DNA of 64,000 nucleotides from the NCBI RefSeq assembly GCF_009914755.1, contig NC_060933.1; one strand, 5' to 3'. This document shows, in pieces, positions 13,730-29,625 of the stretch. The DNA comes from the human T2T-CHM13v2.0 reference genome, Homo sapiens. The notes beneath the pieces are model-generated. The model was not told the DNA's origin. It did no database searches and saw nothing but the letters and a program-made list of their open reading frames with translations. The position numbers were made by a program, and so were the translations under genes. Position 1 is the stretch's first letter; the number at the start of each line of letters is the position of its first letter.

Positions 13730-14026
13730 ATTTTTTTTTTTTTTCTGAGACCCTCTTGCTTTGTTGCCCAGGCTGGAGTGTAGTGGCACAATCTCGGCTG
13801 ACTGCAACCTCCGCCTCCCAGGTTCAAGCAATTCCCCCATGTCAGCATCCTGAGTAGCTGGGGTTACAGGCACCCACCACCACACCCAGCTAGTTTTTGT
13901 ATTTTTAGTACAGACTGGGTTTCACCATGTTGGCCAGGCTGGTCTCGAACTCCTGAGCTCAAGTGATCTGCCCGCCTTGGCCTCCCAAAGTGCTGGGATT
14001 ATAGGCGTGAGCCACCGCACCCAGCC
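13730..14026 (-). mobile_element. Alu (AluS-like)
   Basis: Antisense full dimer. Confidence 0.95.
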
Positions 14027-15882
14027 CATTGTAGGTTTTAAGATCACTGGTATCATCCATAGTAAAAAGAGAGAGGGATGGTCATGTTCATAGACCTTAA
14101 AGTGGAAAGTCACCTACACCTGGAGGCAGAGGCCTGGAAACTTCCAGCCACATGACCTCAGGAAAGTCCTTTCCCTTGTTACGTCTCAGTATCCCCAACT
14201 GTAAAGCAGGAGGGAGGACCCTGATGTCAAGGCCCCTCTGGCGCAGGACTGTGAAGTGCCTAGGATGGGCTCCCATGGACCGGCTGGAGTCCCCAGATCC
14301 CCTGGGGTCCACCAACCCTGCTCCGGCAGCACACCCTGCGGGCTGCGGCTCCCTCCCCTGCCCAAGTGGGTGCTTCTGAGGGAAGGGTCCAGATAGCTCT
14401 CCTGCCTCTCCTCCTGCCTTGACAGGGAGCAGGCTGCATGGAGAGGCTTTTAAACCTGCCTGGCTGCTGTGAGTATTGATCAGCTTTGTTCCTTAATGGG
14501 ATTCTTGCGTGCTCGCTGCCGGCCGCCCCTCCTCCAGCCCCCATTATTCTGGGCCATCGCTGCTTCAGGCCTCCTTCCCTCAGCTGAACAACACCAGAGA
14601 GTGGAAGAGCTGAGAGCGGCGCTCCTCTAAGGGGGAACGAGGGGACAAGCAAGCCACAGTGCTAGCTGGGGGCTGAGAGCTGAGCCACTGCCTGTCACAA
14701 AGGATGGCCAACTGCCGAGCACCTGTCCCAGGAGCTGCGGGCTACTTGGTGACCCCCACGCTGGGGTCAGGTCCTGGAGCCCTCTCCTGAGCCCAGCTGA
14801 GCCCCTCCTTCCTCCCTCATGGGTCCAAGCAAGTGTGGCCCTCAGGTGTGGGTGGCCGTGCCCTAGCCTCTCTCTCCCTGTTGTTGCCAAAGAACCCCCA
14901 AAAATGTCACCTGTGAAAGTTCTGGATTTCCTCGACTTCGGGAAATGGCAGTTTTCAGGCTGGTCTGTTGCTATGGAATTCAAATTCATGGCAACTTTGT
15001 GCCATTGTGTTGGCTGCCTGCCTTAGCTCCTCTGACTTCCTTTACAATCAAGTCAATAAAAGTGTCACCTCGCCCTCATCTTTTTAGTATTTATATTTCA
15101 GATCAATGTGAGGCCTGAAGCCCATTGATTACCCTCCGATGAGTTGCAAAAAAGTGCAGTATTAAAAAGGGCTGGTTCTGAGATGGAGCCGGGGAAGTTG
15201 CTGGTCATGTGAGTCAAGTTGTTTTCACATACAGCAACATCTTTTATTTATACGATTGCAATGTCTACCTCTGTTGTAGCTGTTCCTGCCTTTCCCGTGA
15301 CACCGGGGCTGCAGTTCCACGCCCCGACAAGTTGCCTGGTTGTTGCAAGCACCCCACAGTGGCCTCCAGCCTGTCCTGGGAAACCAGCTCTGAAGAGCAG
15401 GGACCCTGCATTACGCCTTCCGTGACAGCCCCGAGGGGAATCTTCAAAAAAGAGACACACTCGTGGCACTTAAAGGAAGCTGAATGTGCCTGTTCCTGGC
15501 TGGTCTGGGAGAACAGGCTTGTGCTGGGGACATGGAACACACTTAATGGCCAATCGATACCCAAGTCACGGTATCTGCTGCCCGCGGTTTACGTTTTCTA
15601 ATAGGCGCCTCCTCGGGTCATCAATACAGTGGTAGAAATGTCATCTTCAACTTCATACTGGCCCCAGGGCTGCTTCCAAGGCAGCCAGCACAGCCCCTTA
15701 CAGCCTGGAAAGGAACACAACCACTGGCAAGCTGGGCTTACGCATCCCCAAAGAGGACACGGGAACAGGCCAGAAACACACACGGCAGAGACTGCAAGCC
15801 CCATGGCAGCCCCTACCCATTTCGTCCCTGACTCACAGCTTGATGATGTAGCAATGAGGGTGAAAAAGAGGCCCGTGCAGGC

Positions 15883-16195
15883 TTTTTTGTCTTGTTTTGT
15901 TTTGTTTTGAGACAGAGTCTCACTCTGTCTCTTAGGCTGGAGTGCAGTGGCGTGATCTTGGCTCACTGCAACCTCCGCCTTTGGGTTCAAGTGATTCTCC
16001 TGCCTAAGCCTCCCAAGTAGCTGGGATTACAGGCACGTGCCACCAAGCCCGGCTAATTTTTGTATTTTTTTTTTAGCAGAGATGGGGTTTCTCCATGTTG
16101 GCCAGGCTGGTCTCAAAGTCTTGACCTCAAGGGATGCCCCCTGCCTTGGCCTCCCAAAGTGTCGGGATTACAGGCGTGAGCCACCGCGCCCGGCC
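15883..16195 (-). mobile_element. Alu (AluS-like)
   Basis: Antisense dimer; TSD CGTGCAGGCTTTT. Confidence 0.95.
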
Positions 16196-16309
16196 TCGTG
16201 CAGGCTTTTGAAGCAGAGGGAAAGCATCTCAAAGCACGGCAAGAGGGGACAGAGCTGGGCCAGGGAAGGAGTCCGTCATTTTTAATAGTTTGTAATTTAG
16301 GAAGTAATG

Positions 16310-16560
16310 GAGTGGCATGACGAGGGGCTTTGAATTTTCACACCCAGCTACTCTGCTTCATAGCTGTGTGATTTTCGGCAAATGACTTAACATATCTGAG
16401 CCACAATTCCTTATGCATAAACTGGGGATGATAACAGTGCCTGATTGGTGGGGCAGCCTGCTGGGAGCTTAACTGGGATAACACAGGTGATGAGTCTGGT
16501 CCAGGCAGCTGGCACAAAGGAAGTGCTCCCTCCTTCTTATTACTAACTCGTGTTATTGTT
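16310..16560 (+). mobile_element. MIR
   Basis: TAGCTGTGTGATTTTCGGCAAATGACTTAACATATCTGAGCCACAATTCCTTATGCATAAACTGGGGATGATAAC core. Confidence 0.7.
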
Positions 16561-16922
16561 ACTGTACAAAATGCCTGACCCTCCATCAGACATTGCACCC
16601 CATGGCACGCTGGCCATCCCCAAGCAAGGCCTCTACACGTGCCTGCGCATGCCTTCTCTGACAAGGAGGGGCTGTGTCGGCTCCGGCCACCCCTGTATCC
16701 TCAGAGCCCAGTACTCTGTTTCACTCGTCACCAGGCTCTGTTTTAAGTACTTTTCTGTGCACTAGCTCATTAGATCCTCAATAATATGATGGCTAGCCAT
16801 TCATCACAACAGTTTCTAGAAAATTCCTTGCAGATGTGAGAATGTGGCTGGTGTCATTGTGGAGTTTGACGGCATTTCTCTTGGTGGGTGATGTTGGGAG
16901 TTTAATTAGAAATGGTGGGGCA

Positions 16923-17204
16923 GACCAGTTGTGGTGGCTCATACCTGTAATCCCAGCACTTTGGGAGGCCAAGGCAGGCAGATTGCTTTAAGGCCAGGAA
17001 TTCAAGACCAGCCTGGGCAACATGGTGAAACCCTATATGCACACAAAAAAAGAATGAGCCAAGTGGGGTGGCATGCACCTGTAGTCCTAGCTACTAGGGA
17101 GGCTAAGGTGAGAGGATCACCTGAGCCCAAGGAGATAAAGGCTACAGTGAGCCATGATTGCACCACTGCACTCCAGCCTGGGCGACAGAGTGAGATCCTA
17201 TATC
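16923..17204 (+). mobile_element. Alu (AluJ-like)
   Basis: Diverged dimer whose tail runs into a purine tract. Confidence 0.92.
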
Positions 17205-17349
17205 AAAGAAGAAGGGAAGGGAAGGGGAGGGGAGGGGAGAGAAGGGGAGAGGAGGGGAGGGAAGGGGAGGGGAGGGGAGAGAAGGGGAGAGGAGGGGAGG
17301 GAAGAAGAGAAGGAAGAGAAGGGGAGGGGAAGGGAGGAAAGAAGGGAAG

Positions 17350-17351
<2 letters not shown>
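17205..17351. repeat. Pure polypurine (GA) tract, 147 nt
   Basis: Only A and G; includes a 40-nt direct duplication (17221-17260 = 17261-17300). Confidence 0.95.
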
Positions 17352-17645
<294 letters not shown>

Positions 17646-17809
17646 GGGAAGAAAGGGGAGGGGAGGGTGGGGGAGGGGAAAAGCAAAGCTGGGGCAAGTG
17701 ACCAGACCATGAGAGTGTCGAAGGACCCCTTGCTGGGGGCGCCTAAAGACCGCGTGCAGCTCGTGTCTTCTTGCCTGGCTTCTTGCTCACTCTTTTTTGT
17801 CTTTTTTTT

Positions 17810-18295
17810 TTTCCTTTAAGGTGAAATTTACATAACAAAGAATCAGCCACTTGAAAGTGACCATGGCATTTAGTACTTTCACAAAGTTGTGCCACCACAA
17901 CCTCTAACTAGTTCCAAAATATCTTCATCACCCCAAGGTAAAACTCTGTATCCATTCATTAGCAGTTACTCCCCACTTCCCTTCTCCCTCCTGCAACCAC
18001 CAATCTGCTCTCTGTCTATGGATTTACCTATTCTGGATATTTCATATAAATGGGATCATATAATACATGACCTTTCGTGACTGGCTGCTTTTACTTAGCA
18101 TAATGTTTTCAAGGTTCATCCTGGTTGCAGCACGGATCAATACTTCATTTCTCTTTAAGGCAGAATAATATTCCGTTGCCTGGATAGACCACATTTTGTC
18201 TACCCATCCCCTGTCGGAGGGCACTTGGATTGCTTCTACCTTTTGTCTCCTGAGAATAAGCTGCTGAGGACACGGGTGTACAACTCAAATACTCT
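17810..18295 (-). mobile_element. L1M (L1MB/ME-like) 3'-end fragment
   Basis: GGTGAAATTTACATAAC…GCATTTAGTACTTTCACAAAGTTGTG…CTGTCTATGGATTTACCTATTCTGGATATTTCATATAAATGG…TTTTCAAGGTTCATC. Confidence 0.85.
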
Positions 18296-18374
18296 TGATT
18301 TGCATCACAGCTGGACTTGCAGCTCTCAAAACCATCCCCTCTCCTGGTTCTGCCCTGGTGCTCCCATCCCCCTG

Positions 18375-19202
<828 letters not shown>

Positions 19203-20506
19203 TTAATTAGAGCCCTGCTCATAGGTCTATGAGGAACAACACTATTAATATTCATGACCCTTAAACATTCTCCATGCACAGCCACTTACTCTTTATTTCT
19301 GTACTTGCTACTGTGTGGGCTCACCCTTTACCCTGAAGCTCTCCGAAGCATGAATTCTTCCCCAGAATGATTCCCTCTGGAGGGAACTGGGCCAGAGTTT
19401 CTGCCACTCACTTGCCTAAGGACTGTCACCATTGTTTACCCGCTCCCCAGACGCCTGCGCCCGGGCAGCTCAGAAAGTGCTTCCCCTCCCACCCCAGCCA
19501 GGTAGCAGGCAGAATGAGCCTTTTTTACGGTTTTATTTTGTAGCTGAACGCCACGGTGGTTTCTGGGAAGAAGGGGACAATGCCTGACCCCACGGGAGAG
19601 GGCTTAGCTTTCCCTAATAAGATGGCAGCAGAGAGATGACACAGAGAGAATGAAGGGACCGCTTCAATAGGGCAGCTGAAAGGAAACCATTCACGAGGGA
19701 AGGCAGAGTGAGAAGCCCGCAGGGGCAGGCGCCCCAGGAGCCCGTCAGCTCCACGGCAGCTCCAGCTGGGGAACATGCCAACCGCAACCTGGGAAAGCGC
19801 CAATTAAAAATATTAACCCCTGTGCAGGGCTCCGGACGCGGGCGCTGGTCATGGCGGAGCAGCGGCTCTGTGCTTTGAGGAAGATGTGTAGGAGAAGGAA
19901 GTGCAGAGAACCCAGTCGGGCTCATTGTTTTGCCTGTCCCGGTGGGAGCAAAAATCACTCCCTAGCACTTTTTACCTGTTTCTTGCCCCTGTGGCATCTT
20001 TGCTCTCCATCTGCCTCTTAGGAAGGGCCTCCTTTCTGCAGTGCCATCAACCCTTAATGAGGGCTCCGTGAGGATAAAGACCGCGTCCACTTTGCTTGCT
20101 GGGGCCCAGCACACAGCAGGCGCTCAATAAATGCTCGATGAAGGATAATTCGGTTATTTAGCCCTATTTAATTACAAGCAACTCTCAATTGTCTTTAAAA
20201 ATGATCAGGAGGGGAAGAGAACATTCAAACATGTCTATTTGTCTTGGGAGTGGGGTTCTTGGGCTGATATTTCATAATACATGTGATTACACCAGGTATT
20301 TTGCAGGAATTTTCTTCTCCAGGTCTGAGATGTGTTACGTAACTTTTCTTCTTTAAATGTAATTGACATTCACTGGGTGCTGCACAGGCACTGGGCGTGG
20401 TCTGAGGGCTTCATCCTCACATGCTCCGGGATGGAAGTGTGATAGCAGCTGCACTTCCCATCACTAGGAGCATGACTTCATCAGGTATGTCCCGAATAAT
20501 AACCAG

Positions 20507-21184
20507 CCACACACACCACACACACACACACACACACCACACACACACACACCACACACACCCCCCACACACACACCACACACACACACACCACAGCACA
20601 CCACACACACGCACACACACGCACACCACACACACCACACACCACACACACCACACACACGCACACCACACACCACACACACACCGCACACACACACCAT
20701 ACGCACACCACACGCACACCACACACACACCACACACACACACCATACGCACACCACACGCACACCACACACACACCACACACACGCGCATACACACCAC
20801 ACACACTACACACACCACACACACGCGCGCACACACACACCATACGCACACCACACACACACCATACGCACACCACACGCACACACCACACACACACCAC
20901 ACACACCACACACACCACACACACACCACACACACCACACACACACCACACACACCATACGCACACCACACACACACCCCACACACACACCACACACCAC
21001 ACACACACCACACACACGCACACACACACCACACACACACCACACACACCACACACCACACCACACACACGCGCACACACACCACACACACACACCACAC
21101 ACAGCACACACAGCACACACACACCGCACACACACCGCACACACACACACCACACACACACCACACACACACACCACACACACA
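20507..21184. repeat. Complex (CA)n/CACCA satellite-like tract, ~680 bp
   Basis: Short (CA) runs punctuated by CC, with five copies of CCATACGC. Confidence 0.97.
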
Positions 21185-22362
21185 GAGCTTCATGGCCATA
21201 TTTAGTGATTAGCTAATATAAAAAAGTTTGTACAAAGCTGACTTTACCCAGCAGGTACATTCCTTACCTTGTGATCTTGATGGGGAAACTGAGGCTCAGA
21301 GAAGTGAAGCAACTTCCCAGGTTCACACAGCTAGAGACTGGCAGACTATAGGATATGGTGTTTACGTAAATGCAAATGTATTTGAAAGCTTTTGATTCTG
21401 AGGCTAGAAGTTCATTCAAGAGGATCCGACTATCTTCTGCTGCACATAAACGGGATCTCCCGCTTTGCTCTTACGTGGCTGTGACTGGCTTCGACCCCTG
21501 TTGTGGAAGCGAGCTGGTGCTCCCTGCACCGCCCTTGCCTGGGGCAGCTACAGCTCAGCCTGGCTCAGCACTCCCCATCTTGCCAGACTGCCCCAGTCCC
21601 TCTAGACAATCAATCTGGTCTTCCCCAGCCTCCCAGCTCTGTCTTCAGTGCCCTTTAATTAAACAGGAACTCTCTGCAGAAAGCAATTGAATTATCTAAT
21701 TATGCCCTCCTAACCCAATTGCCGTCGTTAACACCAGTGACTTGGCAAAGCAGGTGTCTATGGGGCTCAATGGGAACCAGCAGTGACCCCCAAGCCACTC
21801 CTTTCTCCCACCCCACCCAACCCCAGACCTTGTCCTAAATAATGAATAGCCCAGAACCTGATGGCTGTGCTGGCCGGGACCTCAGATGCTGGCAGGAGCT
21901 TCAGCTGCCCTTAAATGCTCCTGAGTGGCTGCAAAGGACAGGGAGGGTAGAACATCCATCCGAGAGACCTCCTCCTGCCCTGGCTGGGCCCCGAACCGCT
22001 CTGTGGCATCCAAAGCATCTGGCTTCATATCCACTGGTTTGTTTTGTGTAATCATCCTGCAGCTCCCGAGCGGGCATCTCCTGTGTGAGGGCACACTGCC
22101 AGGGGCTGGGCATCAGAGATGAAGTCTTACTGTCACCTGGCTATAGTCCCAGGACATGGCCTTCACCCTGACTGAAGCTGGGGCTGGCTGACTCACCCCC
22201 ACCTTTTCTGGGGCCCCCAGCTCAGAGCCCCTCTTGGAGAAGGATTCAAGGCATATTTGAATAATAACTATTAAGATAAAATTCTAATATTGTGTGCATA
22301 ATATTTAATGTGCTGCCTATGTAGCAAACACCAGGTTCTTTTAATTTAAACGTAATTCTTAC

Positions 22363-22661
<299 letters not shown>

Positions 22662-22664
22662 TTA

Positions 22665-23570
22665 CTTTGTAATTTGAAAACATGTCAAACCTATGCAAGT
22701 ATAGCAAAATTAATTCCTGTGTACCTTTCCCTCGATTCCCAGTTTGTGAGCACCTTGCCACATTGCTGTCTCTCTCCACACATAGTCTATACTGTTGTAG
22801 TTTTGTTGACTCCTTCTAGAGTTAGTTGCAGACATCATGTCCCTTCACCACAAATTACTTGCAGCTTGTGTCATCTAAGAATGGGACACTTACAGCCTCA
22901 GGACAATGATCAGATTCAAGAAATTTAATACTGATAGCATACCACTGCCCTATGCGGGAGATGGTCCCTGTGCACGTTTTGCTAATTTTCCCAATACTCC
23001 TCTTTTCAGTAATTTTATCTTTTCCCTTGACCCAGGGTCCAGTCCAAGACCCCACATTACACTGGGTTGTGCCTCGTCAGCCCCTGTAGTCTAGACCAGC
23101 TCCTCAGCCCATATATATATAAAATGTGTATATATATATATATATATATAATGTATATATATATAAAATGTGTATATATAATGTATATATATATAATGTA
23201 TATATATAATGTGTATATATACACACATATATACATATGTATATATGTATATACATATATGTGTACCTTATATATACGTGTGTGTGTGTATATATATATG
23301 TATTTTAATGTTGGAAAAATTTTAGATTTACAGAAAATTTCCAAAGATAGAACAGAGTGTTCTCCATAACCCTTCATCCAGTTCCCCCTAATGTTATCAT
23401 CTGACGTAACCACAGTACACCTGTCAAAAGTGAGAAAAGAGCGTTGTTGCTGCTACAGACCAAACTCCAGACGTTGGATTTCATCTGTTTTTCCACGAAT
23501 GTCCTTTTTCTGTTCCAGGATCTCACTTTGTACTCAGCAGCAGCTGTTGATCTTTCAAGAGACTGATGGA
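22665..23570 (-). mobile_element. Old L1 3'-end fragments (L1MC/MD-like) either side of a TA-rich repeat
   Basis: AGTTAGTTGCAGACATCATGTCCCTTCACC…TCAAGAAATTTAATACTGATA and TTAGATTTACAGAAAA…GTTCCCCCTAATGTTA…TGTCCTTTTTCTGTTCCAGGATC. Confidence 0.65.
23111..23303. repeat. (TA)n / TATG low-complexity repeat
   Basis: ~190 nt of ATATAT with interspersed GT and AC. Confidence 0.95.
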
Positions 23571-23906
23571 CGTTAGGTTCTTTCCAAACTTGTGTCATTT
23601 TAATTTCCTCAACAACCCTGCAAAGACGGTGTGTTATCGAGGAAACTGAGATGAGAGGAGGTGAAATGACTCACCCAAGGTCACATGGCTAGTAAGTGGA
23701 AAAGGCTGACTCAAGCCCTCAGCCTGGCTCCAAAGCTAGCTCCAACTTCATCTGCATCATGAATCTCTCTCTCTGTCTCTCTGTCTCTCGCTCTCATGCA
23801 TACATCACACTCACACAGAGGTGCACACACAGCGTTTTACCCATATTTAGCAATTGGCTAACATAAACAATTTTAACAACGTGCCAAATATTAAAAGAAT
23901 CCCTCA

Positions 23907-24287
<381 letters not shown>

Positions 24288-25332
24288 GTAGCCATGTATC
24301 CCTTGCCTGCTATGGGCTCAATGCTTTGCATATATTTCTTCATTTGATCAGTACACAACTGTTGATGGGATGTGCTGTCACGCCCATTTTAGAGATATGA
24401 AAATGGAGTCACAGACATGAGAATTGACTCATTCTAGGTGGAACGGCCAGTTACTAGCCGAGCGGGGATTGGAACTCAGTTCCCTTTGTCCCCAGTGCCT
24501 CGTCCTTAACCACCAGGTTCAACTCACTCCCAGATGAAAGGGTTCCCGCTGTCCTTGTGCGTCCTCGTGCAGTGGCAGTGGAGAACGCTGGACAGAATGG
24601 CTGCAGAGGCTCTGCGGTAGGCCTGACGCCACTCATGATTCCCAGGGACTCCTGTGCCTCGGGCAGCCAGTGCCACCCTGTCACTCACAGGGATGAGGCT
24701 GATCCAAGGGCTCCACTTTAATAACGGGTCCAGCTGGTGCCAGCTTTTATTTTAGCGACGTGTGAATGCTGTTGCCATGGAATGCAGCCTTATACCCAGG
24801 GTGCAGGAACTACCGAGAGGAGAAGCTGCTCTGGGCTGTGTTTTTCCCTCTATCCAAATTTCATTTCCCTCTGCGTGTTCCACCACTGATTATCTTTTTA
24901 GTCTGCACAGAAAACTGGCACACGGAGGACAGTTTGAGTCAAGGCGCTCTGTGCTTTATCGTCCCCAGTCCCCATGTGTTTACAAGCCACCACTTCTGAG
25001 AAGGGAGGCATATGAAATTGTTATTTTCCCACTGTGTGTGAAAATAGCATCCGAGTAGAGCGTGGGGCAGGATTGGTCCAACATGCCAAACAGCAGCTCT
25101 TCCTTCTCAGTAGGACAGCGGTCCCCAAACTGCTCCTCAGACACCCTTCACTCCTGTTAAAACTTGGCTTAAAAAGTCTCTTTTTGAAAAGAGGGGCTTG
25201 GGACTCCCAGGAGTCTTTGCCTGGGCATGTACACAAACCAGCGGCCCTCTCGGCCGTGCGGCGCGTGGAGGTTGTGTGAGCCCTGGCTTCCGCGTCAGCA
25301 GACCTGGACTTAGCTTCCAACAAGCTGAGTGA

Positions 25333-25682
<350 letters not shown>

Positions 25683-26036
25683 AATTTCCTCATTTGTAAA
25701 CAAGGGAAACAACTGGTTACAGCTCAGAGCTGGGGGATAAAGAAAAAGGCTGTAAAGCCCAGTGCCCGGCACAAACTAACTGCACAGTGACAGGAGTTGG
25801 CAGCGGTATCGCCTTTTCTTCCCATGACCACTCCCTACTTCCACTCCCTACTTCCTTCCTTCCTTCCCCCCTTCCTCCTTCCTAGACAAAAGGACAGGGC
25901 ATGAGGTTGGGGAAGTGGTGAAGGGGGTGGGTAAAAGTCTAAATGGGTGCTTTTAGCCTAGTAGAAGGCACAATACATATTTCCAAATAGCTGCAATGCC
26001 TGTGAGACTGTACTCACGGCCCGTGGTCACCAAGCA

Positions 26037-26150
26037 CAACCTCCACCTCCCAAGTTCAAGACCAAGTGCTTCTGGTACATGTGGTTTTAAGTGCAACCTC
26101 CGCCTCCCAGTTTCAAGACCAGGCGCTACCAGTACATGTGGTTTTAAGTG
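26037..26150. repeat. Tandem duplication, 2 x 57 bp
   Basis: CAACCTCC(A/G)CCTCCCA..TTCAAGACCA…GTACATGTGGTTTTAAGTG twice, 8 mismatches by eye. Confidence 0.9.
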
Positions 26151-26166
26151 CACTTTGTACATGATC

Positions 26167-26724
<558 letters not shown>

Positions 26725-27666
26725 TAGTTCTTCCAGCGGGGAGAGCCAGGGATGGCTTCTCAGAGGAGGGAGCAGCAGGGTCAGCCCCTGAAGCCCCGTA
26801 GGATGTCCTGGAGACCTATGGCGACGGCAGGCCTGGGTTGGGGGCCAGAATCCACCGTTTTCAGTGCCCACTATTTTGTTCCCAAGGAAGAAACGTCCAG
26901 GCCAGGGGCATCGCAGGTGTGTATGGGAAACAGCCTGGACCCCCGGACCACAGCATGGAGGGCAGGAGGGAGTAACATGAAGCGGCTGTTGGGGGAAGCT
27001 GGGCTAGCGTCACTTTAGGACCACTTGCAGACCTCATTCTCTAGGCAATGAGAAACGGAGGGTGGCCAGGGAATGGAATGAATGGGGCAGAAGAGGTGTG
27101 AGGCTCAGATGATGGCATCGAAGGTACAAGTCAGGAACTGGACTGTCTGCTGAGGGGCGTTCATGGTCATCCATTTACTCATCTGTTGTGTCCTTGAACT
27201 GTTACATTCTTCCCAGCTAACATACAAGCTCGCTGAGGTCAAGTGGAGGAGCGAATGTTGTGGGTGCTCAGGGGGCCGTGGGGAGTTTCAGCGATTGGGG
27301 GCGGCTCACTGCTGTCAGCACCGTCTACCCCCTCCCCCCGACCTGGCCCCTTGTCTCCAGTTGCCATGGTTTTTTCTTCTTCTTCCTCCTCTAGGGCAGG
27401 TAAAACCCCAAGGAATACCTGGAAGTGGGAGGAGTGGAAAGCGGGTGGTGAGGGGGGCACCCCTCTTCATCCGCTGTGGGAATTCCAGGCAGCTCGGGAG
27501 AACTTGGACGGACTGTTTTCATTAGGAGTCATACCCACTAACCCACACACAGACCTCTGCACTTCTCATCTGAACACGGAGAATATATTTCAGAGCCATG
27601 ATTGTCTCACTATGTGTGTGAGGGGGAAAAGCTGACAGGTAAGACAATCCTATTCAGGAGAGAGAC

Positions 27667-27697
<31 letters not shown>

Positions 27698-27734
27698 GGG
27701 AGTGTGCAATAGCAAGAACTAGAAGGAAATGCAC

Positions 27735-28053
27735 TTTTATTATTATTATTATTATTATTTTAAGACAGAGTCTCGCTCTGTCACCCAGGCTGGAGTGCAA
27801 TGGTGCGATTATGGCTCACTAGGTAGCCTCGAACCCCTGGGCTCAAGTGATCCTCCCACCTCAGCCTCTTGAGTAGCTGGAACCACAGGCGCCGGCCACC
27901 ATGCCCAGCTATTTATTTTTATTTTTATTTTTTGTAGAGATGAGGTTTTGCTACATTGCCCAAGGCTGGTTGCAAACTCCTGGCCTCAAGCCATCCTCCC
28001 ACCTTGGCCTCCCAAAGTTCTGGGATTACAGGTGCAAGCCGCTTTGTCTGGCC
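27735..28053 (-). mobile_element. Alu (AluJ-like), preceded by (GA)n at ~27657-27700
   Basis: (TTA)n tail and diverged antisense dimer. Confidence 0.92.
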
Positions 28054-29291
28054 AAATTTGATTTTAAATATGCCAATTAGCATCGATGCTGATCCTATTA
28101 ATCCACTAATTACTTAGCTTTACCTGAGCACACAGGAGTCATTTAATATAAACTGCACATACCCCTCTTCTTACTCATTGCTTGTCGGGTCATTCAGCTA
28201 GCACACATGTATTGAGTGTCTACTGTGGGCAAGGCACAAGAGGTCTTCACTGAGCCAGCCAGGCAAAGCCTTCCCCTGTGCAGCTTGCAGTCTGGTGGAG
28301 GTGTGAGGAGGGGGCCCCAGTAACCAGGAAGTCACAGCATGGTGTGGGCAGGGCTCTGTATCAGGGGAAACATCGGATCAGGTGGGAGCTGCGGAGGCCT
28401 GGGCACCCCCAGCATCGGCTCCCTCTGACCCTCTGGCTGTCTGCCTCCTGACCCATCTGGGTTTCAGGAGGGTAGAACTATATCAGTCTTGTTCTGTCAT
28501 TCTTCTGGATAAGGCACATGGAACGGCCCTGGTGGGTACTTATTAGATGAATAGACATCACTTTTTAACACCTACTCAGGCACAGCCCTTGGCATGACCG
28601 GCCTGTTTCATGCTGCATCATTGCTGTCTCTATTTCCTTTTTGTAGATAAGGGGACTTGGAGAGGTGAGATTGTTCGCATCGGGTTATACGGTGAGAGAG
28701 TTGTAGAGTGGGGATTGGAACTACTTCTTTCCCAAGATCTCATTCCCCCCATTCCCCCTTCTCCCAAAGCCAGACCTGCTTCCATCAGCACCTGCCACCT
28801 TCTCAACAGCCTGTGCCAGGTAGAGGTGAGGGAAGGAAGGGCAGGTGGGAAGGAGGGTAGAAGGAGAGGGCAGTCTGGAGTCAGGAATATCCGCGGCGCC
28901 CAGTCTTGGCGTCTTGTGATGCTGAAACTCAAGAGCCCCCTGACTCAGCAGGATATTAATAACCCCGGCCGGTCCTGGGAGGGCACCTCTGCCAGGGAGG
29001 AGAACAGCACGGCTGTGCGCCCTCCCTGCCGCCGGTGGCAGCTCACACTCTACTGTGCTCACCTTGCCTGGCTCCCCACACAGGGAGCTCCCTGGAAGCT
29101 CCTTGGAGCAGATGCTGCTCTGTATCTCCAGACCCTAACACAGAGCTTGGTGCACTGAAGGCACTCAATAAATAACTGTGGAGAGAATGAATGGATGGAC
29201 GGATACATAAACAAAGCTTCAAATTTCCCAGAAACATCCCTCCCAGTTCCTCTCCCTACTTTATCATCCAGTTGCACATAATATGTGCTCA

Positions 29292-29625
<334 letters not shown>

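Noticed and set aside
20417-21212. 263-aa His/Thr-rich and Cys/Val-rich ORFs
   Set aside because: Translation of the CA repeat, which lacks stop codons by composition.
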